Assembly: GCA_963674825.1 (NCBI GenBank)
Contig: OY771587.1
Span: forward strand, 448,001 to 512,000
Direction: 5' to 3'
DNA: 64,000 nucleotides
DNA from: Candidatus Cloacimonadales bacterium
GTDB lineage: Bacteria; Cloacimonadota; Cloacimonadia; Cloacimonadales; JAIOQZ01
Shown here: one piece after another, positions 18,469-25,838 of the stretch
Numbering within the stretch: position 1 is the first letter of the stretch
Layout of the letters: every line of letters begins with the position of its first letter
Translations under genes and position numbers: made by a program
The notes under the pieces: model-generated
Told to the model about the DNA's origin: nothing
The model's database searches: none
What the model saw: the letters and a program-made list of their open reading frames with translations, nothing else

Positions 18469-21400
18469 CTATTTTATGATTGAGCCTTCACCCGGAAACA
18501 GCCCGAACAGGCTATATAGAGCTCGCTCATCAACAGGATGGTCTGTGAAAATGAAGAATCGCGGTTTGTTACTGACCATCTCACCCTTTGGAAGATCGAG
18601 AAAATCGTTGAACCAAATCCCAAGCAATTCGGGATCGCCAAGCACCTCAATTTCCTTCTCTTCCGGTTGCCAAAGCACTTGCAGTGAATCCTTACGTCTC
18701 TGGTGAACGTAGCGATAACTGCGATTCGGATGGATCTCCCAGTATTCTTCGCCCCAGAAGAAGCGCTTCGTCTTACCGTAGCGATTCGTATATTCCACGC
18801 AGACATCACCCGGATCGTTGCCCGGATTGATGAAGGTAATGGTTTCCGAGTGCTGCTCGAACGCATGCCCGATAGCTTCTTGCGAATAGGTTGAGAATAC
18901 CGCCATGATCGGAACTCCCGGCAGGCTCAAGTAATACTGGCTCCAGCTCTGACCTTTCCAGGCTTCAAGCTTTTCGATGCGACAATCTATACGGATGCCG
19001 CTCCAGCGATTACCCTTTCTATCGGAGACCTCGACGAATTCCGCACCCGTTTTCTCACCGATAGCCTTGAAATGTGAGATACCTTTAGGCTGTGCATACA
19101 TACCGCCATACCAGGGATTCCACCAACTGAAGGGTCGTGCCTCCGGGAACGAGCAGCTCAGCCATTCATTGCCGTTGTTCTTCAGTGAGATCAGGCCCAG
19201 ATTGAACGCAGGCGCTGCTTCGAAACGCACCTTACCATTGTCGTATGTCCATACATCGAATCCATTCCGTTCTTCTGTCGAAGTGCGAATATCTCCATTG
19301 ACAGTGAACATGGCCAATTGCCGCTGAATGCTTTCAGTTCCGTCATTGCGTTCCAGGGATAGAACTTCGATGGAAGGTGACGCTTCGCGCTTCAACTGGA
19401 CCGATTTCAGTTGTGCGTTTTCTTCTTTCGTGACCTCGAAGGATTCATTCTCGAACGAACCATGCTCGCTTTCGAGATGAAATTTACCGCAAAGCGGAAA
19501 TGCGCGATGTTCCACGATCTCGACCTTCGCATCACCGGTGATGAACGGGTTTCCATTCTCGCATGCCAATCGGAAGCAATCGACTTCCACAAGCTCCTGT
19601 TTGTTCTTCAATTCAGGCCTGATATACGCTCTGTACGATCGCCAATCGGCAAACCGGTTCATGGATATCCACATTGGATCGAGGCGCACATTTTCCCCTG
19701 TATCGGGCATCCCGGCGCAGTACTCGAAGTTTAATTTCCAGTCGTCCGCGTTTGGGTTGTCACCGAGCCAGCGAAAACCGAAGGATGTATCGAGCTTCCG
19801 CAGATAGCACCAGTTGCCGGTTACCGCACGCATATCCATGACATTGCCGTCAACCTGGATATCATCGGACGCTGTTACGACATACTCACCAGCTTCGTAG
19901 GCGTAATTGCTTCTGGGTACCCACACACCGCTGTGTACATGGATATCCTGTTCCGGCTCGACAGGCCCGGTGTTTTCGACCTCAAACCAGCGCTTGAAGT
20001 CGCCCGTAGCAAACAACTGCACAACTTGCTTCAGCACGATGCCCTGATATCGCTCGCTCCTGTAATGCAGCGTCATCTGCACGTATCTGGCTTCCTGCTT
20101 GAATTCGCATCGATCATACTTCCGGTTGTGAAACTCCTTGTTGTATGGCTTGCCCAGCATGGGAGCCAGGAAGAAGGCCTGTCCTTTGCGGGTCACGTCA
20201 TAGAGATTCGCCTCGTTATTCTGGTACGCGATATAGTGCCAGCGATCAACTCCAATGCAGGTCGCATAGCGAGTCTCGCCATAGAACATCTGCCCCGCTA
20301 CCGGAAGAATAACATCCGACTCCCGCAGGAATTTCACTTCGCCGCCACTTTCTGGCATAGCTGTGACTGCAATCTCCGGACGATACATGCATGCTTTTTT
20401 CACAATGGCGCGAATCGAAACGGTCGTCTTTTCATCGGCATCCAGCGTGATGTCGTGTTCGGACTGCATGAGCTCGATATCTGGAGTATCTTCCAGCTTA
20501 CACAGGAAGCGCGCTTTTTCGTCATAGCCATTACGGGCGTTCAGGTAAAGCGTGATCTCCTCACCGGCATGATACAGCCTCGTCTGCGCACCAAGCCACA
20601 GATTAAGCGGATACTTCGGGAAGATTCCCAATCGGAATTCCGCCATTTTCCGATCGATCGAGATATTCGCGCAGATGTTCGGGTGAATCTTGTTATCCTG
20701 TTGAGCCGATTCGATCGCTCCAACTTTGTATTGCGCCTTCAACTCGATTTTGTCGGCTACTTCGCCACTCCAGCTGAAATCGAACTCAATGTTGCGATCG
20801 CTGACCCCGTTGACCTCCACTGTTAGCGGCGTGTTGGTCTTGTTTTCGATGACAATGCGAGCTTCGTACTTCCTGCCGAACGGCTGTTTGAATTTATCAG
20901 CCAGCAGCCTTACCGTGAATCGCTCGTTTTCCACTGCACAGAGTCCCCGGCCATGGCGTGAATAGGCCAGCTTCATGAAACGCTCGCCATGCTTCCAGTG
21001 GTAGTCGTACAGCTCAAAGGTGTTTTCTTTACGGCCATCGGGGTTGATATCGATCTCGCGCACACTGTCCGCGTACCAATCGGCCTCCATGAAGAAGTCC
21101 TTCAGCAGATCCTGCTGCATAACGTTCGGAAGAAAGTTCATCAGGTGAGTACTGCCGTCTTTATCTTCGAAGAAGAAGCCGCATTTCTTGTAGAGCGGCA
21201 TAGCTTTCGTGTTTCCTGGCCAAGTGTAGAGATCAAGCCGGCTCCAGCCCAATTCGATGGAGCGCTCCACAGCTCGTTTGACCAATACCTTGCCAACCTT
21301 CTTGCCAAACCAGTCCGGGCGACAATTCAGCATTGCGATGTACAGTGTGTTCTTGTCACCGCTGAACTCCATCAGCGAACAATAGCCAACCACATCGTCA

Positions 21401-21585
21401 TTTGCCACTGCCAGAAAGACATTGAACGCCGGTGAGGCCGATTCCATGGCAAGCACGCGCTGTTCGGTCTGGTTAAACGTCTCTCCCAGCCAGCCTTCCG
21501 AGCTTTGGTTCCACATATCAGCCACTTTCGCGGCCCATTTCGGTTCATATTCAACTATTTCGAATGGATAGTTTTCCAGTTTCAT
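18469..21585 (-). CDS. Large GNAT-family N-acetyltransferase (N-terminal GNAT plus about 850 aa of uncharacterised sequence)
   Basis: Acetyl-CoA motif LNCRPDWFGKKVGKVLV and NTKAMPLYKKCGF. Start is 21585 (GGAG RBS) or 21618. Confidence 0.8.
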   Translation of the reverse strand: MKLENYPFEIVEYEPKWAAKVADMWNQSSEGWLGETFNQTEQRVLAMESASPAFNVFLAVANDDVVGYCSLMEFSGDKNTLYIAMLNCRPDWFGKKVGKVLVKRAVERSIELGWSRLDLYTWPGNTKAMPLYKKCGFFFEDKDGSTHLMNFLPNVMQQDLLKDFFMEADWYADSVREIDINPDGRKENTFELYDYHWKHGERFMKLAYSRHGRGLCAVENERFTVRLLADKFKQPFGRKYEARIVIENKTNTPLTVEVNGVSDRNIEFDFSWSGEVADKIELKAQYKVGAIESAQQDNKIHPNICANISIDRKMAEFRLGIFPKYPLNLWLGAQTRLYHAGEEITLYLNARNGYDEKARFLCKLEDTPDIELMQSEHDITLDADEKTTVSIRAIVKKACMYRPEIAVTAMPESGGEVKFLRESDVILPVAGQMFYGETRYATCIGVDRWHYIAYQNNEANLYDVTRKGQAFFLAPMLGKPYNKEFHNRKYDRCEFKQEARYVQMTLHYRSERYQGIVLKQVVQLFATGDFKRWFEVENTGPVEPEQDIHVHSGVWVPRSNYAYEAGEYVVTASDDIQVDGNVMDMRAVTGNWCYLRKLDTSFGFRWLGDNPNADDWKLNFEYCAGMPDTGENVRLDPMWISMNRFADWRSYRAYIRPELKNKQELVEVDCFRLACENGNPFITGDAKVEIVEHRAFPLCGKFHLESEHGSFENESFEVTKEENAQLKSVQLKREASPSIEVLSLERNDGTESIQRQLAMFTVNGDIRTSTEERNGFDVWTYDNGKVRFEAAPAFNLGLISLKNNGNEWLSCSFPEARPFSWWNPWYGGMYAQPKGISHFKAIGEKTGAEFVEVSDRKGNRWSGIRIDCRIEKLEAWKGQSWSQYYLSLPGVPIMAVFSTYSQEAIGHAFEQHSETITFINPGNDPGDVCVEYTNRYGKTKRFFWGEEYWEIHPNRSYRYVHQRRKDSLQVLWQPEEKEIEVLGDPELLGIWFNDFLDLPKGEMVSNKPRFFIFTDHPVDERALYSLFGLFPGEGSIIK

Positions 21586-21676
21586 TTCAATCTCCAAAAT
21601 CTTTAACGTGTTAATCATCTATGCGTAAACGCCTCCATTCCGCGACGCCGACCGGCGTCCTGTTTCCATCCGATCT

Positions 21677-21716
21677 AAAAAGAAAAGGCTCGCAAAGAAT
21701 CGAATCTTCACGAGCC
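21677..21716 (-). terminator. Attenuator terminator in the 5' leader of the GNAT gene
   Basis: Minus-strand GGCTCGTGAAGA-ttcgat-TCTTTGCGAGCC-TTTTCTTTTT: a 12-bp stem with two G-U pairs and a U-tract, upstream of the CDS. Confidence 0.75.
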
Positions 21717-21810
21717 AAAATTTATCGTGAGCACCTAACAAGATCGATTCTTCGACAGACCAATCCCGTCAGTGCAATGCTAATCAATGTACAGACCAAG
21801 ACCGGACGGT

Positions 21811-21846
21811 TTAACTCCTACTGCCAAGGTTGAAATCGTGACTCAT
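21811..21846 (-). CDS. Putative leader peptide MSHDFNLGSRS
   Basis: AAAGGAGGAAAG-ATG followed by an 11-codon ORF and TAA, directly upstream of alternative hairpins. Confidence 0.6.
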   Translation of the reverse strand: MSHDFNLGSRS

Positions 21847-21935
21847 CTTTCCTCCTTTTTTCTTTGATGCACCAAACACTGGCTATGAGTTCATTTCTGG
21901 CAATCTTTTTTTTGTTACAAACCAGAAATATTGAA

Positions 21936-21964
21936 TTGACACCTTTGAAAACAGATTGCAAAAT
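21936..21964 (+). promoter_or_regulatory. Putative sigma70 promoter of the rhomboid cluster
   Basis: TTGACA-N17-CAAAAT about 80 bp upstream of the first rhomboid gene. Confidence 0.4.
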
Positions 21965-22046
21965 ACGGACTCGAATGCAATATAAACAGCGTATTGAAAA
22001 TGACGAGGTTCTGGACATTAACCATGCTAACTGAAACGAGGTATTG

Positions 22047-23240
22047 ATGAAGTACAATTGTCCCGCTGATGGAACTGAACTCGAACCGAAATCGAAGTAC
22101 AACGGACTGGTGCATGGCTGCTCGCATTGTGGCGGCGAAATGCTCAATATAACCATCCTGAAGAAAGACCCTGAACTGGAAGAGACAGCCCATACGATCT
22201 GGAAACTCTCCAAACCGGCATCGGATTCTGCCGGTTTCCAGTGTCCAGAATGCCATCGCGACATGAAGCGAGTCTATTATGAGGAAGCCGGTATTACCCT
22301 GCGTCTGTGCAGGCATTGTCAACTTATCTGGTTCGAGGAAGGACAGTACGACAAGCTTCCCAGGATCGATCCGGAAGTGGCCGCTCAGAACGCAGCATCC
22401 GTACTTTCCGAAAAATCGATCGAAGCGCTGCTGAAAGCGGAACGAACCATCGATGAGGAGATCAAGGAAACAATAGACTCACCGCCCCCGCCCAAGTTTA
22501 ATAACCTGTTCGAGGCGGTCTCCAACCTCCCGACTATCAACGATGACTTGGATCAGTCCGATATACCCTGGATCAGCTGGGGATTGATAACCATTTTCAC
22601 AATCGTGTTTCTATCCGCACTGAGCCATCTGGGCAAGAATGTGATGCATTTTGGCTACAGACCCACCGATCCATTCAGGATGTATGGCCTCACCATTTTC
22701 ACATCGTTCTTTCTGCAGCGAAACTTTCTCCACCTCTTTGCCGGTGTTTACTTCCTGAAACTGTTCGGCGAAAGGCTTGAGAAAAAATCCGGCTCACTTC
22801 TCGTGCTGCTCTTGCTTGCAGTAGGACACATAGCAGGGATACTGTTTCTTACGCTGTTCAACTTCGGTGACAAAGTTACCGAAATCGGCATCGGTGCAGG
22901 GCTATCGGCTCTCATCGCCTACTATGTTGTCCTTACACCAACCGAGAAGTTCAGCTTCATTCTGCTGTCCAGATTCCATAAACGTACGCCAACGCTCAAG
23001 CAAAGGCTGTTCGGAAGACCGGCAGTGTACCGGATCCCGGCATACTGGAGCCTCATTTCCTGGATCGTAATCCAGCTCTTCCTGCAATCGATTGCCAGCA
23101 TCTTTCTGGCGAAACATACAAGCTTGCTACCGGTCGTTGGCGGCACACTCGTCGGCCTCATGTGGGGATATGTTGTGCGCATCCGAAATAGTGAAGAACC
23201 CCTTGATGAAGGGAGATATCACAACATCACGATCAAGTGA
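22047..23240 (+). CDS. Zn-ribbon (zf-TFIIB-like) + rhomboid-fold membrane protein, catalytic residues absent
   Basis: N-terminal CPxD...CxxCGGEM and CPEC...CRHCQLIWF. The rhomboid region has GIGAG in place of GxSxG and SLLPVVGG in place of AHxGG. Confidence 0.8.
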   Translation: MKYNCPADGTELEPKSKYNGLVHGCSHCGGEMLNITILKKDPELEETAHTIWKLSKPASDSAGFQCPECHRDMKRVYYEEAGITLRLCRHCQLIWFEEGQYDKLPRIDPEVAAQNAASVLSEKSIEALLKAERTIDEEIKETIDSPPPPKFNNLFEAVSNLPTINDDLDQSDIPWISWGLITIFTIVFLSALSHLGKNVMHFGYRPTDPFRMYGLTIFTSFFLQRNFLHLFAGVYFLKLFGERLEKKSGSLLVLLLLAVGHIAGILFLTLFNFGDKVTEIGIGAGLSALIAYYVVLTPTEKFSFILLSRFHKRTPTLKQRLFGRPAVYRIPAYWSLISWIVIQLFLQSIASIFLAKHTSLLPVVGGTLVGLMWGYVVRIRNSEEPLDEGRYHNITIK

Positions 23241-23283
23241 TAAATATGGATTTCTGAACAATACCATGAATGGAAGAGAATAA

Positions 23284-24414
23284 ATGACGTATAAATGTCC
23301 ACGTGATGGAACCGAACTGGAAGTCGAAGTCATCCACGGCAGCAGGTTCTACACATGCTCGACTTGCGGCGGCGAGATGGTGAATTACGCAGTATTGCGA
23401 AAAGAACCGAAGCTTGCGAAAACCGCGAGGGCGATCTGGGATACATCGAAAGAAATACTGAACAACGAAGGTGTAGTATGCCCGGAATGCAACCAGCGAA
23501 TGGCTAGGGTTTATTACAAGGAAGCCGATGTAATGTTGGATCTCTGCCAGCATTGCCATCTTATCTGGTTCGATCGAGGCGAATACGAAGTGCTTCCCCG
23601 CGAAGAAATCAAGCCGGTTCAGCCAAAAGAGCTTTCGCAGAAATCGATAAAAGCTTTGCTTCAGGCGGAACGGGCAATCAATTCGGAGATTCTCGAAGCT
23701 TCCGCTACAACAGACCGACTGGAGCAAGAGTCCTACCCGACTACACAGGACGACCCTCTCGGGCAAGATATTCTGCCATGGATTACCTGGATTCTGCTCG
23801 CGGCATGCTTCGCGGCATACATTTTTGTTTTCAAAGATCCCGGTAAAAATCTCCAGCTATTCAGCTTCGACCCCGAAAATCCACTTCGCATTTACGGCCT
23901 GACCTGGATTACCTCGTTCTTTGTGCAGGAAGGTTACATCGAGCTGTTTCTTGTTCTCTTGTATCTGAACCGGTTTGGAGCGGTTACTGAAAAGGACTTC
24001 GGGCATTTGCGTCTTGTCATGTTGTTTATCGTCGGACATATCGTGGGTTTGATCCTGCTGACGGTATTCGATCTCGGTGAAAAGGGGCTTTTTACCGGCA
24101 TGATAGCAGGGCTGACAGCGGTTATGGTCCATTACATTACGGTACTGCCCAAGCAAATACTCGAGATGCCACTATTTCTCAAATACCTGGGTAGATACCT
24201 ACTCCCAGCAAATCAATTCGCAACGTATGGCTTACGTGGATACTGGGCTGTTCTCCTGTGGGCGCTGCTCCATATGTTTTTCAAGATGCTGATCGATGTA
24301 ACGACAAAAGAGCCTTACAGCCTGCTCCCGATGTTCGGCGGCGCGCTTGTCGGCTATCTGTGGGGCTTCATCGTCCGCCTGAAGCGCAGCGACAACAGCA
24401 TGAGGTACCAATGA
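23284..24414 (+). CDS. Zn-ribbon + rhomboid-fold membrane protein, catalytic residues absent
   Basis: Same architecture; GMIAG and SLLPMFGG occupy the catalytic Ser and His positions. Confidence 0.8.
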   Translation: MTYKCPRDGTELEVEVIHGSRFYTCSTCGGEMVNYAVLRKEPKLAKTARAIWDTSKEILNNEGVVCPECNQRMARVYYKEADVMLDLCQHCHLIWFDRGEYEVLPREEIKPVQPKELSQKSIKALLQAERAINSEILEASATTDRLEQESYPTTQDDPLGQDILPWITWILLAACFAAYIFVFKDPGKNLQLFSFDPENPLRIYGLTWITSFFVQEGYIELFLVLLYLNRFGAVTEKDFGHLRLVMLFIVGHIVGLILLTVFDLGEKGLFTGMIAGLTAVMVHYITVLPKQILEMPLFLKYLGRYLLPANQFATYGLRGYWAVLLWALLHMFFKMLIDVTTKEPYSLLPMFGGALVGYLWGFIVRLKRSDNSMRYQ

Positions 24415-25517
24415 GTTACTTCTGCCCGGTCGATGGAACCAAGCTGGAAGCGATGGCCTTGAATAGCAGCCAGGTGTTTCGCTGCCCTCAATGCGGTGGT
24501 GAGATGGTCAACTACGCCACGTTGCGCAAAGACCCGAAGCGATTCGACAGCATGAAAGGCCTATGGAACGCCGCGCTTCAGATAACCGAACTCAACGGCA
24601 AGACATGCCCACTATGCGAACGCCATATGACGCGCGTCCATCTGCCGAACAGCGAGTCGTACGTCGATATTTGCAAGCCATGCCAGAATATCTGGCTCGA
24701 CAAGAGCGAATACGAGCTGATACCCACAAATGAGAACGCAAAGAACGTGCCGTTCGATCTCTACGAAGGCCTTTCCGAGAAAGCCAAAGACGAATTGCTG
24801 GCAGCCCAGCTTGAGGACTACCGGCGAGACAGAAAAGAAATGGAGAGTCCCATGCCGCGCGGATGGAAGCTGATACCGGCATTTCTCGGCTTACCGACCG
24901 AGGACGAAGGGATTCAGATCAGCAAGATGCCAATCGCAACCTGGATACTGGCTTCCATTTGCGTCATCGTGTACCTGTTCACGCGCGAAAATCCCGACTA
25001 CTATTATCAAACTTGGGGATTTATTGCCAACGGCCCAGTTATACACTCCATGATCACGGTCTTCACTTCGTTTTTCCTGCACGCTGGATGGTGGCATCTG
25101 ATCGGAAATATGTATTTCCTGGTGGTTTTCGGTGATAATGTGGAGGACGAAATCGGTTCACTACGTTTCTTGATTCTTATCTTTCTGGGTAACTTTTTCG
25201 GAACAATGCTCTATGCGCTCCTAGCGCTTTCGAGCGATATCCCATCGGTGGGAGCAAGCGCAGGGATATCGGCCGTCCTGGCCTATTACGTTGTGCTTTT
25301 TCCACGTTCGTACTTGCGGTTTCTTCTGTTCCGCTTCGTACCGTTCAAAATGCAAGCCTACTGGTTTCTCGTAATCTGGCTGATCATGCAGATAATCAAT
25401 TCAAGCTACCAGATGCGCTTCGAAGGGGGAGGTGTTAACGCACTGGCGCACCTTGGCGGCGCAGCGGTGGGACTTGTTTGGGGAATCGTCATGCGAAATC
25501 AGTATTCGAGAGAGTAG
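24411..25517 (+). CDS. Zn-ribbon + rhomboid intramembrane serine protease, catalytically intact
   Basis: FLHAGWWHLIGNMYFL, FGDNVED, GASAG (Ser) and AHLGG (His). ATG at 24411 overlaps the previous stop (ATGA). Confidence 0.9.
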   Translation: MSYFCPVDGTKLEAMALNSSQVFRCPQCGGEMVNYATLRKDPKRFDSMKGLWNAALQITELNGKTCPLCERHMTRVHLPNSESYVDICKPCQNIWLDKSEYELIPTNENAKNVPFDLYEGLSEKAKDELLAAQLEDYRRDRKEMESPMPRGWKLIPAFLGLPTEDEGIQISKMPIATWILASICVIVYLFTRENPDYYYQTWGFIANGPVIHSMITVFTSFFLHAGWWHLIGNMYFLVVFGDNVEDEIGSLRFLILIFLGNFFGTMLYALLALSSDIPSVGASAGISAVLAYYVVLFPRSYLRFLLFRFVPFKMQAYWFLVIWLIMQIINSSYQMRFEGGGVNALAHLGGAAVGLVWGIVMRNQYSRE

Positions 25518-25575
25518 AATGCCACGGCTTTGATACGCTCAGTGTTATGTGAACACGCTATTCTAATGGAAAAAC

Positions 25576-25602
25576 AAAGGCAGGTCTCTCGACCTGCCTT
25601 TT
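25576..25602. terminator. Bidirectional intrinsic terminator
   Basis: AAAGGCAGGTC-tctc-GACCTGCCTTTT perfect stem between convergent genes. Confidence 0.85.
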
Positions 25603-25619
25603 ATCTAAATCGAAGATAA

Positions 25620-25838
25620 TTCCGCTAACATGACTTCTCTTCGCGAAGTCACAACGTTCGACCATTTCGTTTCTGCTATGCAGAAGCTAACGATCCACTC
25701 TCGCTATTTCGCTTCGCGAAAGGCTTTCGTTCGATGTTTTCGTTTTCGCTTCGCGAAAGCCGACGTTCCACTAACATGACTTCTCTTCGCGAAGTCACAA
25801 CGTTCGACCATTTCGTTTCTGCTACGCAGAAGCCGAAA
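25620..25838. repeat. Tandem array of six hairpin units (36/37-bp period), REP/BIME-like
   Basis: Linkers CG(T/A)TC(G/C)A at 25655, 25691, 25728, 25764 and 25801. Palindromes have GCTTCGC/GCTAYGC/TCTTCGC apices. A 63-bp direct duplication (one mismatch) spans 25625-25687 and 25771-25833. Confidence 0.85.

Noticed and set aside
21621..21833. 70-aa plus-strand ORF in the GNAT leader
   Set aside because: It has no RBS, and the region is better explained by the minus-strand attenuator.
24258..24410. N-terminal extension of the third rhomboid in the ORF track
   Set aside because: It overlaps the previous gene. Paralogs start at M-x-Y/F-x-CP, matching the ATG at 24411.
22047..24414. Calling the two dead rhomboids pseudogenes
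   Set aside because: They are full-length open frames with retained Zn ligands, TM pattern and translational coupling.
25620..25838. CRISPR array
   Set aside because: The conserved part is only about 7 bp, the variable parts are palindromic and recur (A-B-C-C-A-B), and no cas genes are in the window.
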